The position numbers and the translations under genes are program-made. A stretch of 64,000 nucleotides of DNA from the human T2T-CHM13v2.0 reference genome, Homo sapiens. Under the pieces are notes generated by a model. It was not told the DNA's origin and searched no databases. It saw only the letters and a list, made by a program, of their open reading frames with translations. Of this stretch, positions 13,099 through 25,765 are shown in pieces; position 1 is the first letter of the stretch, and every line of letters begins with the position of its first letter. The DNA lies in NCBI RefSeq assembly GCF_009914755.1, contig NC_060928.1; one strand, given 5' to 3'.

Positions 13099-14583
13099 AA
13101 AAAATATTCAACTTAATTTTAACTTTTATCTTAGAGGACTCAGCTGTACGCCACATATTTAATCTAATCAAGATTGCGCTCAGCACTGCTTTCAGTCCTT
13201 GCTGAGAGCTCTATTGAGTCATTTATTAACTCGATGACTTAAATGGAATTCACAGGCCAGACACAAATCTAAGAGAGAGGAGGAGGCTAGGCTCAGGAAG
13301 GAAAGGGGAAGAGAGTTGGCTTATTTCACCTTGGTAATAGAAGGCCCTGGACAATATAACAATGGTCTCGAGACCCAGGAATGTTTGTTATGAAAAGGAT
13401 GGAGACCACTGTTTGCCATCAGTATAGAGTGGACAAATAGTTCATTGTTTTATTTTGTTGAATTTTAACAGTCCCTTAGAGGCTGCTCCTGATCAAGGAG
13501 AGCTTGCCATTTGGGGGATGTGTCTCTTTGTTCCAGTGGAAGCCTCTGAAGACAGGACGTCCCCTTCACTACTTGCTGCAGTAGCAATACCTTGCCTGCT
13601 CACTGATGAATGGCTTGAATGCTCAACCTAGCCATTCAGGCCTACCGAACAGGGAGGTGTGTCCCAGAAAACCCGGCCCAGTTCATCTCAGACATGAAAG
13701 TGATGCTGGGACTCCAGCTGCTGGCATGTGAGAAGATGTCTGGTTCATACCAGGACAGTACTCAGGTGACTTCTACAGGTCTTATTTTCCTGGTAGTTCT
13801 TTTCCAAGCCTGTTACTGCTCCTAACCAGTTGGAGGTGGGCACATCTGTATGTCACACCCTCTGCTTTCCACTTCTGATATCTTCCTCTATTTTTTATGC
13901 TCTCCACTGTGTGAAGGAACAAATAGCAAAGACCCCCTTTTCTGTGATAGGTCTATAGCCTTATCACAATCAACATTCTCCCATGCAGCCACAGTAGCCT
14001 GTCTGGATTCCAAGGTGAGATGTGATAAACTGGACGTGGTAGCTCCTGAGTCACCCAATCAAACACTGTGGCCCATATAAGTATCTGATTATAGCAGTTA
14101 CATTCTCAGCATAGCTTTGGGGCCTGTGACCCCCAAAACAGGAGCTGAGGTACTGGATGTTTCTACATTAGTCTGCAGCAGCAGACACATATCCTTCAGT
14201 TTCATCTAATCAACTTCTTTTTTAGCCAAGTAAGCTGAGTAGTTGTTTTCAGTTCAGAATGAAATGAGAAATTCACAAACCATTCCCTAAGCTTGGCAGC
14301 TGCTTCCTAGATTCCCTCAACAAGGCCCTCAGACCAGGTCTAGGTGAGAAGACTATGGAGATGGGTGGCAGAGTGCAGCTGTCATCTTCTGTGCTGGAGG
14401 ACAGAGCTACACTACAGTTCAACAGTGAAGAGTAGGGGGTGAAATTTAGCCTGTGTCTCAAGGCAATGTCAGCTTTCAGGAAGTGGTGACTTGTTTTTTT
14501 CCCCCAATTTGCAAAAAGACACCGTCTGTTTGCCAAGCCCTGCATGGAGTGACTTTTTCTTTTTTTGCACACAGATCCTATAT

Positions 14584-14920
14584 ATTAGTTCCCCCTTATT
14601 TGCGGGGAATATGTTCCAAGATCCCCCAATGTATGCCTAAAACCATGAATAGTATTGAACTTCTTATACCTATATAAATTATTATTTCCTGTATATGTGT
14701 GTGTATATATGTATGATATCATAAAGTCTAATTTATAAATTAGACACAGTAAGAGAATAGTAATAAAATAGAACAACTACAACAATATATTGTAATAAAA
14801 GTTATGTGAATGTGGTCTCTCTCACTCTCTCTCTCAATATTTCAGTATTTTTGGACCGTGATTGACTGTGGGTAACTGAAACTTGCAGAAAGCAAAACCA
14901 CAGATAAGAGGGGACCGCTA
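14584..14920 (+). mobile_element. Tigger7/MER44-family DNA transposon (MITE)
   Basis: Terminal inverted repeats tagttcccccttatttgcgg ... cacagataagaggggaccgcta; internal aatttataaattagacacagtaagaga. Confidence 0.8.
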
Positions 14921-15914
14921 CATGCTGCCACCCTTCTGCATCTAGCATGCCATGGGTCCCATTGCACATTGCAGAGCCAGCACAGGGGCTAAAGAAAAGG
15001 TTTAAGGCGATCCATTAACTGTCAATCCACCCAGCTTCCCCCAATAGAGTCATCATACTTACCAAGAGCAGTATTCCATTTTTTGAGATCACAAAGAATA
15101 TTCTAAAGGCCTGCCCCTCCCAGGGGTCACATTATTTCATTAGCAGCAAAGTATTTGACACAGTTGATTACGAAGGAACGTAATCATGTTATGGGATGGC
15201 TCAGAGGAAGTAGGACAAGTGGAGGCAGAATGGAGGACTCTCACTTTCCCTTTTTCTTTTGTATGCAGCTCTCGTTGTCTAGTAAAGGGAGGGATGCTGA
15301 GTTACGAAGAAAAGTAGAGTAAATTTCAGGGTATTGATACACTCCCACAAAAAGAAATGCAATGTAAAATGTCCCCAAATATAAATGCAAAGCGTGGAGT
15401 TTGTCTTTGGGCTGTCTTCAAGAAACGCGCTTAAATCCAATTGCTATGGTTGCACAAGACTCATCTGATCCACAGGCCTTCAGTTCCACAGGGGCTAGAA
15501 CTGTTTTGTTTTCAAAGGGGAAATGTATCTGTTTGCCCTCCTTTGCTTTGTAAAATTGAATTGCAGAGAACTCATGAATAATAGAAAGAACACTAAGGAC
15601 TGTGAAATTAACACTGGCACGAAACAGAATTTCTAAAAGGGTAAAGTCTGAAGGAAGTCTCACTTCACCCTCCCCTAGTCAGGGGCTTGGAAACTGGGGC
15701 ATCTTAGCATGGGAGGGTGGAATAGGTTGTTTAGAGGTCCACTTTGGTTCCTGCTCTTAGAAGGGTGAATATTTTTAAATCCTTTAGGTTGGATTGGTGG
15801 TTCTTGTCTAATGAAGATCTTCAAGTGTGGGAACTACGGTGATTTATGACTCCAATGAGAACCATAGATCAAATGATGACATATGCCCATGGGAGCCATC
15901 ACCTTACTCTTTAA

Positions 15915-16110
15915 TAATAAAGATAGCTAACTTGTATGCACTAACTGTATGCCAGGCACTGTACTTTACACACATTTTCTCGCATAATTTCATAACTACC
16001 TAGTGAGGGAGGTAACAATGATCTCCATTTTATAGATGCAGAGACTGAGGTTCAGAAAGCTTAAGTCACACAGCTAGTAAGAGATGGGGCTGGATGCCAA
16101 CCTAAGCCTG
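15915..16110 (-). mobile_element. MIR SINE
   Basis: atgccaggcactgt...atctccattttatagatgcagagactgaggttcaga. Confidence 0.8.
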
Positions 16111-16439
16111 AATGACTATTGATTACCTCTTTAACCAATCACAGCAGCCCTTCATCTTTATGTGTCATCTTAGCCTTTTGTCTGCAAAGCTGTCCTGCAA
16201 CCTACAGGGAAGGCCTAGTGACCTCTCTTTTTTCTCCTTTCTGCTCCCCACCAGGCAACTCTCTGCCCTGTGGATGCTTTGTGTTCTGGATCTTCTCCAG
16301 GTTGTCTTGGGGTCCTATAGAATAAGCCGTGGGGAAAAAGAAGCATCCTACAAAAGTGTACTTTTTGAGACAAATAATGCTGTGGGCTGTTTCAACTCTG
16401 AAGTCACCACAGCATATGGGAACGTGCTTAAAAACTGTG

Positions 16440-16725
16440 AAACACTGCGTAAATGCCCATGGAGTCTGAACTTTGGAATCAGACAGACCTGGGGGTTTCA
16501 TTCATTCATTCATTCATTCATTCATTCATGTGTGGATTGTTAATTGACCAGCTGCTATGCGCCAAGCACTGTGCTAAATGCTGAGTTTGAATTCCAGATT
16601 CACTACTTACAGCTATGGACTTTGGGGGATTTACTCAACCTCTTTAATAAGAAGAATAATAGTTATGTCTGGGCGTTCTAAGCTTAGGAGCTGGCACATA
16701 GTAAGAGCTCAATAAATGGTATTGT
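16440..16725 (+). mobile_element. MIR with an inserted reverse L2 tail ((TTCA)n, about 16498-16580)
   Basis: tgaactttggaatcagacagacctgg...ttgaattccagattcactacttac...tggcacatagtaagagctcaataaatg. Confidence 0.65.
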
Positions 16726-17619
16726 TAATAAAAGGATAAAAAGTGATGTAGTTGGGCCAGTGCCCGCTTATATTACTTTCCTTTGGGACCATGCTTGCCA
16801 AGGTTTCAGCTAGCTCGTGTGCATCACCAGGGCCTGGGAAGTTAATGTGCTAAACTAAGCTATTAGCCTTTGCAAAGGCCTTTTAGAGAGATAATGACTT
16901 AGTGCAAAGCAATACCTAATTCTGGGCACTTGGCAGACTCAATGGGAGTCATTTCAGCAAGGGACTTGTGTATCAAACCATCAAAACCCTGGTTGGTTCT
17001 TTGCCTTTAGTAACTGCTTTCTTCTGACAGATAAGAAGCTTTCGTGTGTATGATCAAAGGAATAGGTAGTGCTTAGGAAATATGGATACATTTGTTTTAA
17101 ATAATGAAAGAATTTCCATTTGTCCTTCTAGGTGCTATCTCACCTCTATTTAATGCGTAGTCCACTGATGTTAGCACTTGAGGTTTTTCAGATGTCCTCA
17201 ATAACACTACTTGGCTAATCTAATGTGATTCAGCTAATGGGTTTTCTATCAGCATTTATGGACCATCTCATCTATCCACTCTCCTGCCAGAGAAGTGTGT
17301 ATATGCAGCAGGCCCAAGATATCCTCTATTCTAAAGCAGCTAAATCTGTTTGAAGATCAGTGTATAGAATTTTGGTTTCCATTGCATGTTCTTTGAAACA
17401 GAACAAAAGCCATTTTCCTTTTTCTCACAAGTTCATAAAAGAGTAAAGAATGAGTCTTGAAATAGTCTACTTTTTAGAGGAAAGCTGTTTTATTTTCCCC
17501 ACAAAGGCTAGTGGTTACTCATCATAGCTGTTCTAGGATGATTTAAGTTATTAGTAGGAAATAAAGCAAGATCAGAATTAATGCAGGAAGATTAGACTTG
17601 ATAAAATAATTCCATTGTA

Positions 17620-17725
17620 AACCTTTTATTCAGAAATGATACAGACTCACAAGACATTGCAAAGGTAGTGCAGAGAGGCTCCCTGTATCGTAAACTGTTT
17701 TCCCCCAGTGATGCTATCTTACATA
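17620..17725 (-). mobile_element. L1MC/MD 3'-terminal fragment
   Basis: ttttattcagaaatgatacagactcacaagacattgcaaaggtagtgcagagaggctccctgta...tttcccccagtg...atcttacata. Confidence 0.6.
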
Positions 17726-18035
17726 CAGTGTTCCACTCCCTGAGACCCCAAAGAATATTCTAAAAGCCTGTTCCTCTCAGGGGCCAGGCCGGAGGTGAGT
17801 GCCTTGCTTCTTAGCCACCATTTCTTACCTGGGTTCATGTGGAGGCTTGTTTAGCAACCTCTGCTTACAATTCAATTCTCAGGACAGCAGTCAGAGCATG
17901 TCCTCACTTTTCTCCCCAGCAGCCTTCAGTGGCTTCCACCTCACCCAGAGTTCCAGCCAGCCAGAGCTCTGCCCTGGTTGCAATGCTCTTTCTGGCATTC
18001 CTTAACTCCTTTTTCTGCTTAATTTTCCATCTTAG

Positions 18036-18374
<339 letters not shown>

Positions 18375-20357
18375 CATATTTTCTTATTTAATCATTTATT
18401 ATGTCTCTAATTTGTCTCTGTCTTGTTCACTGCTGAGTTCTCAGGGCCTAGAAAAGTACCTGGTGTGTAGTTGGCACTCAGTACATACATGCTGAATTCG
18501 TTTGACCATGGATGGATTCTTTAGTCTCTAGTTTGTTAAATCTCACTAATCTCACTCTTGGTTGTTAGGATAGAACAACAAAAATTATACCTCACTGTTG
18601 TATAGAGACTTAGAGGTTCTCAGAAACTTTTGTACCTAAGCTATTGAAAAGCAAATATTCAAAATATATCCAGAGAGCAGCAAAAGTCTATTTGGGATTC
18701 CAAATAAGTCAAAATTTGGAAGTTGCTATAAAGCCAACTGAAAGCAGAAATCTACATCCTAAAAGAAATCTACATATAAATGAAAGGCACATTAAAGACC
18801 CAGATCAAAGGACTAAAGGAAGCCCAGGAAAAGAAAGCAATTGGCTTGCAATCTTAGCTCCTTTCCTAAAATTGCCTCTGACCTAGAGGCAATTTTTCTA
18901 ACCTCTGGGACTCGTTATTTTTTTCTAGAAAGAGATGAAGTTCCCCCCTTTCTTTACCTTATCATATTTTATTGTTTCAGTCATTTGCTTTGAGATCTTT
19001 AAGCTGTAGCATGTTATTTGTAATGCGCCAAGGAAGGTACGTTGACTCATTTGAAACTTTCATTATTGTTAAAACTAATGCAGTGAAGTTGAGCCCTCTC
19101 CTGGGGCTCCCCTATAGCCACTGCTTGCTATCAGTAAATATTCATAAATCTGCTATCATGGAAATTAGGTAGAATGCCTCAAAATTACTTTGGGGGCATA
19201 AGGAAGGCCCTGAAGAGTGAACTGGGAAGATGCATTTCATCTGCAGATTTGGAATGAAGAAAGTGTTCTTTTTGTCAGTGGATGACATGCTCTACCCTGG
19301 AGAAGAATTCCAAGGAACCCAACACATTCCTGTAACACTTATGCAGTGGGTACAGCAGTTCCTATCCACACCAGAGTGGATCCCTCCCGAGGGGCTGGTG
19401 GCAGCTTCTTAGGAATTCTCATCAGTAAGGACTGTGGCACCGACTACATTTTAGGTTACACTTTCTTAAGACTCCTTGTGCTAATTAGAGGATTTTCTTT
19501 AGGACAATACCCACTTGCTGCCTTCAGTAGAGAAGGTGCCTCAGCATAAAAAATCTCATGGAAGCCCAGCCTCAGGTGTAGAGTTGTTAAATTAGGGGAC
19601 TTCTGATGGGACCATGCTGTTAAGGCACATCTTACTGCAGAGTTCAATCATCCCCTCCCTTCCCCCTTTCATTACACTCTGTGGTCAAATCCAGGTTCTG
19701 GGGTCAAGGGCAGAATGATTGGGTGATTCCGGTGAATTGAAGAAGGTGGTGGGTTTAATCAGAGGCTGTTTCCAGAGACAGACTTCTGTTCTTTAGAATC
19801 ACTTAAAGGAGAACTATCATTAGGAAATTAAAAGCATCAGCAATATTTGCAGTTGTGGAACGTCAAGGTCAAGAGAAAAAAAAAGTCTGAGAGGGTACTC
19901 TTGTCACTGATTTCAAAGGAGCTAATTCTTAGGGTTATTAGCTGCCTCAATTTATAACGCTATGTACTCTTGAACACCAAATGCTCATTATCAAAAATTA
20001 AAGAAGCGTGGAGCTGAGATTTGAATTATATTTTAGATAATAGATTTTGGAACATGCTTCATATTGTGAAGACTGACCCGACCTTACAACTAATAAAGGC
20101 TTCCAGTGGGCATGGAATCTCAGTATTTCCATGAGTATGAGAAAAACAAGGAAGACGTTCTTTGGTTTTATTTCCAATGTGGTGCCTAGTAGCAGGCAAA
20201 ATTGTGTAGGAGGCAAAGCTTGGCTTCAGAATCCACAGCCTGCACTCTCCTTGGGTGCTCTGTCCTCAAAGTTTTAATTGTCTACCCCATCTTAATTTTT
20301 CCTTGGACAGAAACTTAAGGATCCTCAGTTTTGAAGGATGGACAATAGCTTATTGGG

Positions 20358-20748
20358 TGTTATGGGTTGAATTGTGTCTCCCCAAATTCATATTTTGAAG
20401 CTCTCACCTCCAGTACCTCAGAATGTGACTGTATTTGGAGATAAAGCTTTTAAAGAAGCAGTCAAGATCAAATGGAGTCATGGTGGGGGCCCTAATCCAA
20501 TATAACAGGTCTCCTTATAGGAAGAGATTAGGACACAGACAACACACACAGAGGGAAGACCATGTGGAAACGCAGAGAGAAGATGGCCATCTGCAGGCCA
20601 AGGAGAGGGGGCTCGGAAGAAACCAACCCTGCTAACACCTTGATGTTGGATTTCCCAGCCTCCAGAGTTTGTGAGAAAATAAATTTCTGTTGTTGAAGCT
20701 GCCCAGTCTGGGGTATTTGTGTTTTGGCAGCCCTAGCAAACTAATACA
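20358..20748 (+). mobile_element. MLT1B-like MaLR solo LTR
   Basis: tgttatgggttgaattgtgtc...gcagccctagcaaactaataca; flanks TTGGG/ATGGG (4/5 TSD). Confidence 0.88.
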
Positions 20749-21254
20749 ATGGGTTTATAGAGTGTTGGAGAAAACCGTTCTAACAGTAGACGTTTAGGCT
20801 TCTGCTATCTCTATGGGGGAGTGGGAGGGGATGGTTACATGCCGAGTTGATGTGTGAGGCTGGCTCACTGCACTCCCTCTCTAGCTGGTTTTCACACCCT
20901 TGCTCTTCTCTTACTCCAAGGCAACCAACAATTCTGTAATCAAGAGTGACTGCCCATTATATACTGTCACCATCACAGCCCCTTTGTCTGACTTCCGTAG
21001 TCCTTTACTGATCCTTGAATTCTTTTTCTGTCAAGAACCTTCTGGGCCTTCCATTTTTATTCTTAACAAACACACTTCTCATGATTCCCTGGGCTTTATT
21101 CTTCAGCCAAACAAATTATTGTCATGTCTTGGAGTTGCTTATAATGACTTCTGTGCCTCAGCCCTTGATATTTTACCTCCAAAATGTTTTTTGTCTCCTG
21201 TCCCACCAGGCCGTGTATCTTTGCTCAACAAAATTTATCTAAAAGCTCGTTTCT

Positions 21255-21620
21255 CAGCTTGAAACATTCTGATGGCATCTCTGGAGAAAGAGACTCCCCA
21301 GCCATTTTTAATAATTTTTGAAAGTATTTCTGGCCAAAAATATCTTTAATTTATGTCTAAATTAAAGCCCTTACTTTATGATTTAAACCCATTTGCTTTC
21401 TTTTTTCTTCTTCTGTTTTCTTAGAATTATGAGAAAAAGGCTGCCATCCTCTTCCATTTAAGAGTGCTTCATAAATTTAAAGCTTGTTATAAAATTGCCT
21501 CTTAATCTGTTCTCCCAGCTAAGTACTCTCAGTTAAAAAAAAATCTTTTTCTTATGGGATGTATTTTCTAAACTTTTAATTATTATCTGTAATTTTCTTT
21601 TCATAACAAATCTAGACAGA
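21255..21620 (-). mobile_element. L3/CR1 LINE ORF2 3' remnant
   Basis: ttatgtctaaattaaag...atttaaacccatt...atcctcttccatttaagagtgcttcataaatttaaag...cccagctaagtactctcagtt follows the order of L3 reverse-strand motifs. Confidence 0.55.
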
Positions 21621-21621
21621 A

Positions 21622-21790
21622 ATATTTTATTTCTTCAATTCTAGGATGCACCTTCTGGTCACATTTTAACATATTAAATTTCAACATTTAATAGGATTCA
21701 TTTTATAATCCATGACATCTTATTGTTATAAATGGTGGTACTGTTTTTTTCCTTAGTGATAGTTAAAATGAAGGTGTAGCTTGAATGATT
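21622..21790 (+). mobile_element. MER96B-like hAT fossil
   Basis: atttcttcaattctaggatgcacc...cacattttaacat...ttccttagtgatagttaaaatgaaggtg. Confidence 0.5.
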
Positions 21791-21948
21791 AAAAAAAAAA
21801 GTGTGTGGGGGGTACTATATTGAAAAAGACTAAAGAGACATGACAATCAAATGCAATACATGATTTTCAATGAGATCGCACATTGAAAAAAGCAAATAGC
21901 AATAAAAGAATTTTTTTTCATAATTTGGAGGAATATGAATATGTACTA

Positions 21949-22282
21949 TGTATTAATATGCTCTGGCTGCCATAACAAAACACTACAGACTGTGGGCCTT
22001 AATCAACAGAAATTTATTCTCAGAGTTCTGGAGGCTGGCAAGTCCAAGATCAAGGTTCCAGCAGGGTTTGGTTTCTGGGGAGTCTCCCTTTCTGGATTGC
22101 AGATGACTGCCTTCTTGCTATGTCCTTACATGTCCTTTTCTCTGAGCAAGGGGGAGAGAAAACAGAGAGTGGGAGACAGAAAGAGAGCTTGGTCAGGCTT
22201 TCTGGTGTCTTCTCCTAAAAGGACATGAATCCTATCCGATCAGGAGCTCATTCTTATGACCTCATTAATGTCTCCAAAGGCC
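21949..22282 (-). mobile_element. MLT1A-like MaLR LTR
   Basis: ggctgccataacaaaacactacagactg...gttctggaggctggcaagtccaagatcaagg. Confidence 0.85.
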
Positions 22283-23817
22283 CATGGTATGAGTGGTTCT
22301 AGTAATTCTTAAAGAGTAGGGAGCACTATGGCCTGAATAGACATTCCCAGTGGTGTCTCCCACATGACTTCAGGAAACCAGCAGAAGAAAAACAGGCAAC
22401 TTGCTTTCTGGAAAGACAACAAAATATTTAAACACATCTCCTGCACCTGTTGTGTGTACTACTAAGGGAGTGCCTCTCTCAGTCTGCTCTGTGGGATGCT
22501 TCTTCTTACTTTATTGTCCCTGTTCTCGATACCACTCAAACCACCAAAACCCAGTACCCTTTTCCTAGAGAACACCCAGTGAAGCAGAGCTAACCCAGAG
22601 GAATGGGTTACTGCAGGGGATGTTTTAGTTATCAGTAGGAAAGAGATTTGGGCCATGAGGTTGAGAATGGGGAGTTAGGAGGAGACATGAAAAGACCTGT
22701 TAAGTTCCAAAGTGGTGCCTTCTGGGCAACCTTGTGTTTTAATTATAGTCAAGGCTCAGTCCACCTCTTTCCAACAAACTTCATACATAACTAATTCCTG
22801 AAACTTGGAATCAGCATTCGTTAAAATTCATATTAAATTGCTGTTTTTTCTCCTTCCTATTTCAGCTAGCTCTTGGCCATTTTTTGCAACTGTTTTTCTT
22901 TTTCCTTGAAGGATTCTCTCCTGAGAGCCATTTCTGACCCCAGCCCTGTGGGACACATCATAGACAGGAAGGCCTCACTCTCTATGTTGGAATATTTTTG
23001 TACCTCCCCTGTTTCTCCTCTGGCTTCTCTTTCCACGAGGCTGATTCACACATAGAGCTCGCACTGACTTCAAAGGGCTCTGAGGTAAAGTGAGAAATGA
23101 CTCACAGAAATTTCCCAAAGATATTTTGGATTTATGAAAAAGCAATGGTAATGTTTTAAAAAAGAGTGGAATATTAGTTCTGGAAAATGAGTGAATATTA
23201 TGAGTGCCAGCGAACCAAAGTCAAAAAATTCTCCTCTGATAGTAGAAAAAAAGCTCTTATAAATTAGTAATACTTGGCAAATGCATTCATCCTTCTGGGG
23301 AGAAATTTTTAGGTTTTGTTGTGGTTTCAAAAGCATAAAGATGGAATCTTTTATATCCAATCCCTGCTTTACAAATGTCAAATATCTATCACATTACCTT
23401 CGTAACATGAATGTAAAAACTATAAACTATTTTAAGAAAGATATATGGCACATATAATTTAAAGTAGATAGTTTCTGAATTTTTATAAACTTCAAATTTC
23501 TCAGGAAAATTTACTTTGCATTTCAAGCAGGATCTAGCCAGTGACTAGTTGTGTCTAATGTCATTTCACAGTTTGGAGAGCATCGCACACCTGTGTTAGG
23601 CTGCGACTAAGACTCACTCAGACATCTTCAGAAAAAAGGAAACTTGTTCTAAAGATACAAGGGTACATGGGGGCAGGAACTGGCAATAAAGACAATGAGG
23701 CTTTGGGGGCTGGCTCTTTGCTGTCTCTTTGAAAAATTGACCTCAAAAACTTCTCTTGTGCTGTTGTTTACCTGCTTTTTCCAAAGTATTTTCCCTCCCA
23801 CCTGGCCAGTTGGGACT

Positions 23818-25512
23818 TAAAGAAATACTCTTGTTCCTTCATTCTGAACAAATGTCCCTGGATCTAGGTTTTTTTTTCTTCCCCAAGCAAATTTAATTAA
23901 TAATTGCCCTTTTAGAAAATTTGTTTTGAAAGTCAGTCATGTATTAATGTCAATAAGAGACTTCATCTTGAGGAAAAGGGTTAGGCTCTGAATATGTCAC
24001 TGGAGAAAAAGCATCTAGGATAAAGGCTGTCCTCTGAAAGTCAACCTTATTATATTTTGTTGGTTAGCTGGCAGACATGTCTGACATGTCAATTCAATAT
24101 TCTTTTTTTCTGTTTTCCAGAATGTTCTATTTCCTCCACTGGAACAGCAACTCTGGCAGAGCAGGGGAGAAATGGTGGGTGTCCTGGATGCTCTTCTCAA
24201 TGTGGAAACAAACCAAAATAGATGACATTGAGAGTAGAAAAGAGAAAAAAAGCCCAGGATTCTTGCCTATGGCAAGGATGCTGTGAGAAGGGAAAGCTGG
24301 CTTAGCTAGCATGATAAAGAAATGTCACAGAAGTCAAAGAAATAGGGTTCTCTGGTTAGGAAGTGAGTGGATGGATATTTTCCTTTGGTCAAAGAGAACT
24401 GTCATTTCTCTGCTGCCTCAAGCTTGGCATTCTTTTTGTTGGTCATACGTTCAGTCACACTGAATAACCACTACCTGCCTGCACTGCACCATGAAGGAAA
24501 AGAAACAAGATGATTTTATGATAAATTAGTCACTAATGTCTTTTGTTTCCATAAGCCCCTGACTAGAAGTTCATTGGCAAAGTACACATCTGACCTTGAG
24601 CTCCTGAATTAGCAGGTAAGTATTTAACATTCTCACTACCAGGTATGTAGCTTCATTGGCATATTAAGAAACAACATTTCATTGGGAAAATATAGCACCT
24701 TTTAAAGGGAAGAATACATAATATCTTCCCTAAGTTAAATGGAGAGCATGATCTTCATGCTCTGTGTCTATCTACTCACTAACTCTTCCTTATCAGGTAT
24801 TATATATTCCTGTTGGCAGTTCGATTTAATTGGGCTTGTGGTAACTGATTCAAGTGAGTACTTTAATTAGGTAATTATTTTGTTATAAGAGCCACTTTCC
24901 AGCTTGCTACAGAGAGGGAATTTTCCATTTTTCTCAAGCTAAAAATGGAACCTGTATTCTTTTCTTTTATGACAAAGTGGAAAACGATCAGATAAAGAAT
25001 TAGGCTGAGATTGTGCTGTAGAACAAAGAAAAATAACCTTGACTTATGTATTGATAAAAGACAAGTGTGTTTTTGAGAAATAAAGATACAATTAGAGTTT
25101 CTCAGATTGTGAGTACTGCCACCAGGTATGATCATGCTTTTGAATAGAGTGATTACTCATCCTCTACCTCAGTTTCCTTCCAGAAGTGTAGATTTCTTTC
25201 TCAGACCCTATGCAAGAAAATAACTGCAGGGAAAAAAACAAGACATAAAGAAATATTCTTGTCATTTTATTCTGAACAAATGTCTCTGGATCTAGAGTTT
25301 TTTTTCCCCAAGCAAATTTAATTAATTATTTCCCTCTTAGAAAATTTGTTATGAAAGTTGGTCATTTATTAACTTCAGTAGGAGATTTTGTCTTGAAGAA
25401 AATACTTAGTCTCTGAAATTATTGCCAACGACTAAGAATCTAGGATAAAAGCTATCCTCTAACTCCCACATACTTGTGAGGGCGAACCTTATTGTCTTTT
25501 GTTGGTTGGCAG
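23818..25512. repeat. Diverged direct repeat pair (23818-24074 and 25246-25512)
   Basis: Colinear blocks taaagaaata.tcttgt, attctgaacaaatgtc.ctggatctag, ccccaagcaaatttaattaat, ttagaaaatttgtt.tgaaagt, atctaggataaa.gct.tcctct, aaccttatt.t.ttttgttggtt. Confidence 0.9.
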
Positions 25513-25691
25513 GAATGATTGTAAATAATCTAAGGATACTTCAGATCAAACAAACAATTAGAGTTGACACTAGAAAAGCCAACAAGACCCTAATTAATTG
25601 ATTTGCTAATAGCTATTTTCTATTTACAGACATTAGCCCAAATTGTTTTTAAGTTGTGACAAGGGCTGCAAGATATGCATTTTCTTTCTCT

Positions 25692-25765
25692 GAACTCCTG
25701 ATTACAAGATAGCTTCCCAGTCTCACCGGAACTCCTGATTACAAGATAGCTTCCCAGTCTCACCG
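25692..25765. repeat. Perfect 37-bp tandem duplication
   Basis: GAACTCCTGATTACAAGATAGCTTCCCAGTCTCACCG x2 (25692-25728, 25729-25765). Confidence 0.97.

Noticed and set aside
16866-16879. 14-bp perfect palindrome GCCTTTGCAAAGGC (and similar ones at 1508 and 40321)
   Set aside because: Several of this length are expected by chance in 64 kb
24073-24091. AGACATGTCTGACATGTCA as a p53 response element
   Set aside because: The two CATG cores are 9 bp apart rather than the canonical 10 or more; only one perfect half-site
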